This document shows positions 17,938 through 25,173 of a DNA stretch of 32,838 bases, one piece after another (the stretch's first letter is position 1; each line of letters starts with the position of its first letter). The stretch covers positions 1 through 32,838 of the forward strand of contig JAITTD010000172.1 in the NCBI GenBank assembly GCA_031287245.1. Reading direction: 5' to 3'. The notes below the pieces were generated by a model, which did not search any database, was not told the DNA's origin, and saw nothing but the letters and a program-made list of their open reading frames with translations. The stretch comes from Bacteroidales bacterium. GTDB taxonomy: Bacteria; Bacteroidota; Bacteroidia; Bacteroidales; UBA4181. The position numbers and the translations under genes were made by a program.

Positions 17938-19644
17938 TTATTTTTGATTTAACAGATAGTCAACGGTATTGAACATCAGCGTTCTGAAATTATTGATTTT
18001 CCAGTCGTCCCAGTGTCCGAGCGATGTGTAAACCGCGTTTTTACCGTTGAGCCAGAAGACTGGTTCATCGGGTACGTCAGGATTACTGCCGAGCAGCAAT
18101 ACCTGTGCCTTGTCGGTGCGCAACGGACGGTTTTTGTACAGCCAGTTGGGACTGGTGAATGGCGCGACCCCCTTCAATAGGGGATGGTTTTCCATACCCG
18201 GCGCAAGCGAAATATCCGTTCCGGTGTTCAAATGTCCGTAGTGACCCTGATAGTTACCCCCCAGCACATCTTTGTCAAATTCAGGCCATTGCGCCAACAG
18301 GTCGGAGGTATTTTCCGTTGCCACCTCAATACCACCGCCACTGCGGGGGACATTTCCTTTCGCGTCGAAAGCGTGTGATGCGGTGCGAATACCAAGCACC
18401 GGGCGACCACTTGACACATAAGCCTTTATTTGAGCCATTTTTTCCGGTTCAAGCGCACGACGGCGGATGAAAAATACGGCTAAATCGGCATCTTCCAATA
18501 TCTGGAGATTTTCCAAGTTATGACGTGTCGGCGAGAATGTCTTTGGAGATTTTACGTCAATATCAATCGGCATTCCGTAGGCGGCATACTCGGCTTTCAC
18601 TTTGGGGTCGGCATCTTTTTTGGACTCAGCCATAATGGGAATACCTACGGCAAAATCGCAGTGAATGTTTTTCAATGTAAGTTCGTGCGCAAATTCCGGC
18701 AACCGCTGATTGGCGCGGTATTCACTTTCGGCGGTCAGGAAAGCGATGCGCGGACGCTTGTCTCCTTTGAATACGAACTGCTTTTTTCCTGTGAAATCTG
18801 TTGATACGATAGAAGGGCATACGTAAGTTTCGATGTATTCCACCATCAGGTCAAGACCGGAAAAATGGTCAACGAATGGCCACATGGCGCGGTTGTACAT
18901 CAAATCGGTCATGTCGCGCATAAGCATCACATTCATTCCAAGTTGTTTCATGGCGCGAAGTCCGAAAGGGCGGCCGATAACGCACATATTGGTGTGTACG
19001 CCCACCAGAATCACATTTTTGATACCTTTTTTAAAGAAATAATTACCGGCTTCCGTACCGGAATCCGTAATCAGGTCTTCGTCTTTGACGGTAAGCGTTT
19101 CTATTTGCCGTTTCCAAACGCCTCCGGGTTTGCAATCAGGATTTTCGCAACCTTCGTCCGACTGGTCAACCGGCCATACGGCTCCTTCTTCCGTTGGCAG
19201 TTTGTCTGGCCATTTCCCATCCACCAAGCCTGCCTTTTTGATGAATTTAGGGTCGTTGTACTTCTGCGCTTCTTTTCGCCCCGGATAGTCTTTGTAAAAA
19301 TTCATACAGCCACTGGGAGCGTGAACGATTTTTACGCCTTTTTCACGGGCGATGGTAAGCACTTCATTCATGCGGGGCGCCATTTCCGCCACCCGGTCTG
19401 TAGCATCTCTGCACCAGTGTTTGTCCCACATATCGCAGATGATAATAGCCGTTTCGGTGGGTTTCCAACGTTCAATCCGGTTCGCTACGATCCATGCCCC
19501 GACATCCAAGCCTGAAGGAAGGCGTTGTTGTACAGAGATACGCAGAGGGGCTGCCTCCGCTTTTTTGTTGTCCTTAGCCACCATGTCTGCAAACGACGCT
19601 GACAGAAGCGTGGCTATTACCATTAATTTATTGATATTCTTCAT
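17938..19644 (-). CDS. Secreted two-domain protein: N-terminal isochorismatase-like cysteine hydrolase fused to a C-terminal ThuA-like (class I glutamine-amidotransferase-like) domain
   Basis: Sec signal MKNINKLMVIATLLSASFA. AIIICDMWDKHW and ILVGVHTNMCV correspond to the Asp strand and Cys loop of the isochorismatase D-K-C triad. The C-terminal RIAFLTAESEY ... DADLAVFFIRRRALEPEKMAQIKAYVSSGRPVLGIRTASHAF ... WPEFDKDVLGGNYQGHYGH ... SLGHWDDW fits the ThuA pattern. Confidence 0.7.
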   Translation of the reverse strand: MKNINKLMVIATLLSASFADMVAKDNKKAEAAPLRISVQQRLPSGLDVGAWIVANRIERWKPTETAIIICDMWDKHWCRDATDRVAEMAPRMNEVLTIAREKGVKIVHAPSGCMNFYKDYPGRKEAQKYNDPKFIKKAGLVDGKWPDKLPTEEGAVWPVDQSDEGCENPDCKPGGVWKRQIETLTVKDEDLITDSGTEAGNYFFKKGIKNVILVGVHTNMCVIGRPFGLRAMKQLGMNVMLMRDMTDLMYNRAMWPFVDHFSGLDLMVEYIETYVCPSIVSTDFTGKKQFVFKGDKRPRIAFLTAESEYRANQRLPEFAHELTLKNIHCDFAVGIPIMAESKKDADPKVKAEYAAYGMPIDIDVKSPKTFSPTRHNLENLQILEDADLAVFFIRRRALEPEKMAQIKAYVSSGRPVLGIRTASHAFDAKGNVPRSGGGIEVATENTSDLLAQWPEFDKDVLGGNYQGHYGHLNTGTDISLAPGMENHPLLKGVAPFTSPNWLYKNRPLRTDKAQVLLLGSNPDVPDEPVFWLNGKNAVYTSLGHWDDWKINNFRTLMFNTVDYLLNQK

Positions 19645-19673
19645 CTTGTTAAATTAAATTTATTATATTAAAA

Positions 19674-20720
19674 TTAAAAAATTCTACTTTTCGACGAATG
19701 TTCGTAATAATCAGGGTTATTGCCCAAAATGTCAAGTACCGGTTGACTGATTTCGTCAATTCGTTTTTCCACCTCATCCGACAATTCATAAGAACAGGCG
19801 TTCACATTGATTTTCAACTCGTCAATGTTGCGCGATCCTATCAGGGTGGAAGCCATGAAGGGCTTTTTCAATATCCATGCGATGGACAAAGCGGCAATGT
19901 GGATATGCAGGTCGTCTGCTATCTTCCGCAGTTGATTCACCGCCTCAAAGATTTCTTTTTCGGCTCCTGCCTCGCCGTGACGCGAGGTGCCGCCTCCCCG
20001 ATGGTTGGGAAAATGGCGTGAGTGTGCCTGATGCGCAGGAATGTCATCCGGCGTTTTGTATATGCCTGCCAGCAAGCCCTGTTGCAAACCCATAGACCCG
20101 ATGATGCTGATATTGTTGGCAAGACAGTAAGGCGCTATCTCTGCCTCAATGGCGCGTGATACAATGTTATAGGACATTTCGTTGACATCCACCTGCACGC
20201 CGGTGCGAACCACCTCTTCCATTTGGGTGCGTCCGAAATTGCTCATGCCTATGGAACGAATCAAGCCCTCTTTTTTCAGGGCGTCCAACTGCGCGTATGC
20301 TTCTTCAATGGTTGGAGGGGCTGCAAGAATGTTCTTGTCGGAGGTAAAATGCTCAACTGCCAGTTTATTGATAGGCCAATGCAGCATATACACATCTAAA
20401 TAATCTGTGCCCAACCGTTCAAGGCTTTGAACACAATGCTTGCGGACATGGTGGCAGTTGGAAGGTCCTATCTTCGATATGACTATCGCTTTGTTTCGAT
20501 GTCCTTTGAGCGCTTTGCCCAACGAACGTTCACTCTCGCCATCGTTATACATCTCTGCCGTGTCAAAGGTGTTGACGCCTAAATCAAGCGCTGCGTGAAC
20601 TACACTGTCCACATCTTTTTGCGATTGTTCGCCCCAGTATTCGCCGCCGCCAAAGGGCCAGCAACCTATGGTCATTGCCGATACGTCAATATCAGATTTC
20701 CCAAGTTTTACGTTCTTCAT
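19674..20720 (-). CDS. Aldo/keto reductase family oxidoreductase
   Basis: LGVNTFDTAEMYNDGESERSLGKAL (catalytic Asp/Tyr region) and YMLHWP. No signal peptide. Confidence 0.9.
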   Translation of the reverse strand: MKNVKLGKSDIDVSAMTIGCWPFGGGEYWGEQSQKDVDSVVHAALDLGVNTFDTAEMYNDGESERSLGKALKGHRNKAIVISKIGPSNCHHVRKHCVQSLERLGTDYLDVYMLHWPINKLAVEHFTSDKNILAAPPTIEEAYAQLDALKKEGLIRSIGMSNFGRTQMEEVVRTGVQVDVNEMSYNIVSRAIEAEIAPYCLANNISIIGSMGLQQGLLAGIYKTPDDIPAHQAHSRHFPNHRGGGTSRHGEAGAEKEIFEAVNQLRKIADDLHIHIAALSIAWILKKPFMASTLIGSRNIDELKINVNACSYELSDEVEKRIDEISQPVLDILGNNPDYYEHSSKSRIF

Positions 20721-20750
20721 GGAAGATATATTTTGATATAATTAAAAACG

Positions 20751-20818
20751 CAAAGATACAGGATTATTTCTTTACACAAGTGCACAAAATTGACATTCTT
20801 GTGCACAAAATTGACATT
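20751..20818 (-). promoter_or_regulatory. Promoter of the AKR-to-MFS gene string, with two 18-bp direct repeats (candidate operator)
   Basis: Minus-strand TATCTTTG (plus 20751-20758) matches TAnnTTTG, 30 nt upstream of the ATG at 20720. GTGCACAAAATTGACATT occurs exactly twice (20780-20797 and 20801-20818, period 21 bp). Copy 1 contains a minus-strand TTTG at the expected -33 position. Confidence 0.5.
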
Positions 20819-20867
20819 TTTTGTCGATTATTCCGGGCTATTTAATAATATTATGACAATCAGCCTG

Positions 20868-21587
20868 TTATGTTTTATTACAAATAGAACTGTTATACAA
20901 AAACTCCTCTGCTGTCTTAATATCTTCGGGGTGGTCAATATCTACTATTTTCGGGAAAGGGAACGCTTTCAACTTTAAACCGGCGGCAACCATCTGCCTT
21001 TGAAAATCGCGCATTCTCGTCATTCCTTGTTTCATTACCTTTTCGAGCACGTTCAAGGCTGTGTTTCGCAAACAATAGATGCCTCCCGAAATGTATCTGC
21101 TGTCATCCTGCGGGACGTCGTAGTATCCGGTAATATTCAGATGGTCGTCCACGCCTGCATACAGTGGGGATTCATCGTCAATAAAATCCGTCACAGCCAT
21201 CAAACCGTCATACTTGGTAGAGCGGCGAAAATCGGCGATATAATCAGCAAAATCGTTTTTGCAAAAAACAGTGTCCACCGTCATCAGGCAAAAATCCGCA
21301 CCTTTCAGAAATGGACTCAATTCGTACAGGCTGTGCATAGACCCGCTCGTGGTCTTGATGACCAAATTGAGCGGAACGGGCAGCGATTTGCCTTGCAGAT
21401 GGGTGACTGTTTTCGTATTTTGCTCATTCACAATCACACTGATGGACGATGCTCCATTCTTGACAAGAATATCTGTCAGTCGATCAATCAATGGCACGCC
21501 ACACAGTTGCACCAAAGGTTTCGGAACGTTTATCCCGCCTGCTGCCAAGCGTGATCCTTCCCCTGCTGCTATAATTGCAAAATTCAT
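20868..21587 (-). CDS. Sugar/alcohol-phosphate nucleotidyltransferase family protein (LicC/IspD/GlmU-N-like)
   Basis: MNFAIIAAGEGSRL...VPKPLV is the GxG(T/S)RL nucleotidyltransferase signature. The track start at 21608 is TTG and overlaps the upstream gene. The ATG at 21587 leaves a 10-nt gap and sits directly at the conserved motif. Confidence 0.8.
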   Translation of the reverse strand: MNFAIIAAGEGSRLAAGGINVPKPLVQLCGVPLIDRLTDILVKNGASSISVIVNEQNTKTVTHLQGKSLPVPLNLVIKTTSGSMHSLYELSPFLKGADFCLMTVDTVFCKNDFADYIADFRRSTKYDGLMAVTDFIDDESPLYAGVDDHLNITGYYDVPQDDSRYISGGIYCLRNTALNVLEKVMKQGMTRMRDFQRQMVAAGLKLKAFPFPKIVDIDHPEDIKTAEEFLYNSSICNKT

Positions 21588-21597
21588 ATCTTTTTTG

Positions 21598-24147
21598 TTA
21601 AAATACAAACCGTAATCTGAACCGAACTCCCCATTCGGGAACGTCGAGATGGTCTAAATAATTGAGTCTTTTGATAAAATCGATGCGCAAAAATTTGAAA
21701 ACATTGTCTATTGCCACGCTTGCCTCCATGTAAGGCTTTTTACCCAAGGCATACATGGTAGGAATACCATCGGGATTTTCGGGAAAACGGAACAGTTCGG
21801 GATTGTTTGCCGGCAAATTGCTGTCGCTCACATCGCCCCACAAAGCCTTGAAGGTGACAAACTCGCGCCATTTCAGTTTTTTGATGAGCGGCACGCGGTT
21901 GAATATCCAACCGTTGAAACAATACGACAGGTTTACCACCGCATATCGGTCGCTGACGAACTCCATGTAGTTCATCATATTAAAGGCTTCGTCCTGATAG
22001 GCATAGTTTTGGTTTGCCTGATGCATTACCAGCAACGGGATGGGAACAGTGCCCCACACCTTGCCTGCTCGCAGCCACATATCGGCAAAACCGAGGCTCG
22101 AAAACCAACTCCGCTTGTCTATAGCGGCTTCCAAGCGATGGAATGAGTATTGACCATTCCAAATATTCTTCAATCCGCAATTGTAGGTGAGCGTGAACAC
22201 TGGATGCGTGTGGTTGAGCGGAAAGCGGTTGCGTTGTATCTGGTAAAAGCGTTCATTGGGTGCAAATCGCAGTTTCATCCCCAATTGTGTGGTGATGATG
22301 CGCTCTATATCGCCGTCGTTGTTGGTATAAACCAGACTGCCTGTGGGTGTTTCGATGCGGTGAGTCAGGAATGGCTGAAAAGAAAAGCCACTCAAAAATT
22401 CCTTTTCCCAGATAGCAGAAAAGGTACGATGATAGACCATCTGTTGTGCACTGCCGCGGTGAAACGAAAGGAAAAGCCGGTCGGGGCTGCCAAACAGGAA
22501 AAACTGGCCGGGCGTTTCGATATTGTTCTCGTAGGAAAGGGTAAGCAGATTCATCGGGTATTCCCAAGGGTGCACCTTCCGTTCATTGAACGAATACATG
22601 GTTTTGAGATGATATTTGAATTTTTCGTCCTTGAAACCATAGGCTCCATAGCCATCAAAGAAAAGATGCTTGCTGAACTTGACGTTGGTTTTGCCGCCAA
22701 AACGCAACCGAAATCCTTCCACATCGTTGAAACTGAAAACAGTGCTTGTAGGTCCCAAATCAACCTTTCCGACATCAATATAACTTGAAAACATGATACC
22801 GGCAAAGTTCAGTATCCGGTTAAACCATTTATCGTTTTTCATGTCAACAATCATGTCGTACACGCCTTGTTCCTGCCGCGTGAGCGGTTCAATGCGTTCG
22901 TCCTCCCAGTATTGGTCGGGGCGTATATCATAACCTGGCATTTTTTCCACTTTGTTGATGCCGAAGAAAACGTTATCCTGTATGTGATGATTGAAATGAT
23001 AGTCGCTGTAAAAGTTGGTACGCTTGCCCAGCATCATGCTCTTCGTTTTGGAAAAGCTGAAATCAATGGTCACTTCGTCCAGCGTAAGACACCATGTGTC
23101 ATCAATGAGCGAATATTCCTGAATCATCAGGAAATTATTGACAAAGTTGACATTTGCGTTTTTCGTGAAAGCCAATACAGCACGTTTCAGAGCATAAGCG
23201 CTGTCGTTGGTAATGTAGATATCGCCTGCAAAACCGAAATCCTGCGGATTGCTCGGATATACAGAAAGGTCAATGCACGAAGTACCGTTCACATCCACCG
23301 TATCACGAATGTGAAAATGGTAAAAAGTAGGTGCCAGAGGCGACATCGGACTCATGTACTCGTTTTCAAGCACCATAATCCGGTTGTCGTAAATGTTGGA
23401 CTTGCCCACCATCCCGTCCATAAAGGCCCCTATGGTTTCCTGCTCTATCAGGTCGTGGAAATTAGCCATTTTTGAGGCTATCAGATAATCTTTTTCGGCT
23501 TTGGGCGACTGACGGTAATAGTGTTCGGTTATTTGTTCGCGAAGAAAAACGGGCAAACGGTACGTTCCCGTTTCCGGCAACGTATCAAGATAGTTATTCA
23601 GAAAAGCGAAACTCCGGAAAGCCGCAGAGTTCTTTACACTGTCACTCAACTCATTAAGCGACAAGAGTATCTTTTCCTGCCGTTTGTATGTGTATGTTGG
23701 TTTTGACTCTAATCTGTTCTTGTCTTTGTTGGCAATCGCTTTGCGGATAAGGTCAACCGCCGGATTGTTGCGTTTGCTGTAACGGACTCGTTTGGCTGTT
23801 ACCTCTACGGCATTCAATTGTGTGGCGAGCGGCTTCATTTTCACGTTAAGTGTGCCGCTTTTCAGCGTGTTCCACTCCATCAGCACCGACTCGTAGCCAA
23901 CAAACGAGAACAGCAGACTTTCTCCTTTTACCTTTATTTCGATGCTGTACTTTCCGTCAATATCGGTCATCACGCCCACTCCGAAACTTGCAGGCTGCAC
24001 CACCACACTGGCATACGGCATCGTTTCTCCCGTTGCAGCATCTGTCACTGTGCCGCGAATGTTGAGTGTCTGTGAGCACACATATCCTGAGGGCAGAATA
24101 AGTATGAATATCACAAAAATAAACCGTACCGCCTTCTTTATCATCAT
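21598..24147 (-). CDS. CarboxypepD_reg-like plus DUF5686-type outer-membrane protein
   Basis: N-terminal hydrophobic signal, then LNIRGTVTDAATGETMPYASVVV...TDIDGKYSI (carboxypeptidase-regulatory-like domain). This is followed by ~750 aromatic/Asn-rich residues ending in RFRLRFVF, a C-terminal Phe typical of OM beta-barrels. The track start at 24150 is TTG; the ATG is at 24147. Confidence 0.75.
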   Translation of the reverse strand: MMIKKAVRFIFVIFILILPSGYVCSQTLNIRGTVTDAATGETMPYASVVVQPASFGVGVMTDIDGKYSIEIKVKGESLLFSFVGYESVLMEWNTLKSGTLNVKMKPLATQLNAVEVTAKRVRYSKRNNPAVDLIRKAIANKDKNRLESKPTYTYKRQEKILLSLNELSDSVKNSAAFRSFAFLNNYLDTLPETGTYRLPVFLREQITEHYYRQSPKAEKDYLIASKMANFHDLIEQETIGAFMDGMVGKSNIYDNRIMVLENEYMSPMSPLAPTFYHFHIRDTVDVNGTSCIDLSVYPSNPQDFGFAGDIYITNDSAYALKRAVLAFTKNANVNFVNNFLMIQEYSLIDDTWCLTLDEVTIDFSFSKTKSMMLGKRTNFYSDYHFNHHIQDNVFFGINKVEKMPGYDIRPDQYWEDERIEPLTRQEQGVYDMIVDMKNDKWFNRILNFAGIMFSSYIDVGKVDLGPTSTVFSFNDVEGFRLRFGGKTNVKFSKHLFFDGYGAYGFKDEKFKYHLKTMYSFNERKVHPWEYPMNLLTLSYENNIETPGQFFLFGSPDRLFLSFHRGSAQQMVYHRTFSAIWEKEFLSGFSFQPFLTHRIETPTGSLVYTNNDGDIERIITTQLGMKLRFAPNERFYQIQRNRFPLNHTHPVFTLTYNCGLKNIWNGQYSFHRLEAAIDKRSWFSSLGFADMWLRAGKVWGTVPIPLLVMHQANQNYAYQDEAFNMMNYMEFVSDRYAVVNLSYCFNGWIFNRVPLIKKLKWREFVTFKALWGDVSDSNLPANNPELFRFPENPDGIPTMYALGKKPYMEASVAIDNVFKFLRIDFIKRLNYLDHLDVPEWGVRFRLRFVF

Positions 24148-24186
24148 CAATTCGGATATATGCCGGTCATCAAAACGAAAAATCTC

Positions 24187-25047
24187 TTATTCACTTTTTC
24201 CAAAAGATTTTTTAATAATACAGTCGGCTATCGAAACAGCCGCCTCTTTTCTGCAGGGTGCAAAACTTGGCCAGTCGTTGATATCAATCAGACAGATATG
24301 ACCTTCCGTTGAAATGACCGCATCGCCGCCATAAACGTCAATGTTGAGCACTGTCGCCGCTTGCGCTGCCGCGAATCGCAGCCTCTCCAACAGAAAAGGC
24401 ACGTACTGCACGACGCCGTTGATACTCTCGTTGCCAAATTTGCTGTGGTTGGCTTCAACGGGATAAAACCAATAGAAAAAACTGGTATTTCTGACCCCGT
24501 AAAACTTGACTAAATCTCCTGCTATATGCTTGCAAATCACCACTTCATTAATGTCGCGATGGGCATACTCGCTGATCATTTCCCTGCCCTCATCCGCACT
24601 GTGAACAAAACTCACGTCCTCCTTGTGGATGGCGTGAAAATCGCCGCGTTTAATCCAAAAATCGGCTTCACCAACGGCATCAAAGCAATCGGGACTGAAA
24701 TGCCGCGAATCCACTATGACGGTAGCGGGTATGGGCAGTTTTGCCTGCAACAGCAACCGTACCATATTGCTCCGATAGCAATTTTCCACGCCATAGCCCG
24801 AATTAACCGACACTGCGTCCTTGCTTTCTTTTTCTTGAAGCAATTTCGCCACCAAAGGCTCGCGAGCCATCGAAAAAATATAATTTTCCGCAATGCCATT
24901 ACGGATACATTCCTCTTCGGAATACTCATTTACGCCAAATCCCCGCTCTTTCAAGCATTGTGCGGTCAATTCAAAAATCGCAATGTCGTTGCCCGTATGA
25001 TTGGGCGAAAACCTGTTGTCGCGCCTTATTCCTGCAAAATATTCCAT
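24187..25047 (-). CDS. ATP-grasp fold protein (RimK / inositol-phosphate-kinase-like)
   Basis: Motifs FWIKRGDFHAIHKEDV, VVICKHIAGDLVKFYGV and HICLIDINDWPSF resemble the ATP-grasp lysine, hinge and Mg-binding strands. The track start at 25113 is GTG and its first 22 codons are encoded by a terminator hairpin. The ATG at 25047 has a TATTTTTG -7 box (plus 25072-25079) 24 nt upstream. Confidence 0.6.
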   Translation of the reverse strand: MEYFAGIRRDNRFSPNHTGNDIAIFELTAQCLKERGFGVNEYSEEECIRNGIAENYIFSMAREPLVAKLLQEKESKDAVSVNSGYGVENCYRSNMVRLLLQAKLPIPATVIVDSRHFSPDCFDAVGEADFWIKRGDFHAIHKEDVSFVHSADEGREMISEYAHRDINEVVICKHIAGDLVKFYGVRNTSFFYWFYPVEANHSKFGNESINGVVQYVPFLLERLRFAAAQAATVLNIDVYGGDAVISTEGHICLIDINDWPSFAPCRKEAAVSIADCIIKKSFGKSE

Positions 25048-25077
25048 CAATATCAACCTGTTTTGAGCCTGCAAAAA

Positions 25078-25119
25078 TAGACAAAAAACCGTGAAGACAA
25101 AAATAGTTTTCACGGTTTT
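25078..25119 (-). terminator. Intrinsic terminator after the GH127-like gene
   Basis: On the minus strand, AAAACCGTGAA (plus 25109-25119) pairs with TTCACGGTTTT (plus 25085-25095). This gives an 11-bp stem with a 13-nt loop, followed by TTGTCTATTTTT. Confidence 0.7.
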
Positions 25120-25173
25120 GTGCTTTTTTAGGAAATCCGTTTTTGCGGGTGCAAAGATATTATCTTTTTTACA

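Noticed and set aside
1320-20720. Calling the region a canonical polysaccharide utilisation locus (PUL).
   Set aside because: No SusC-like TonB-dependent transporter or SusD-like gene is present in the window. The clusters are CAZyme-rich but do not meet the PUL definition on the visible sequence.
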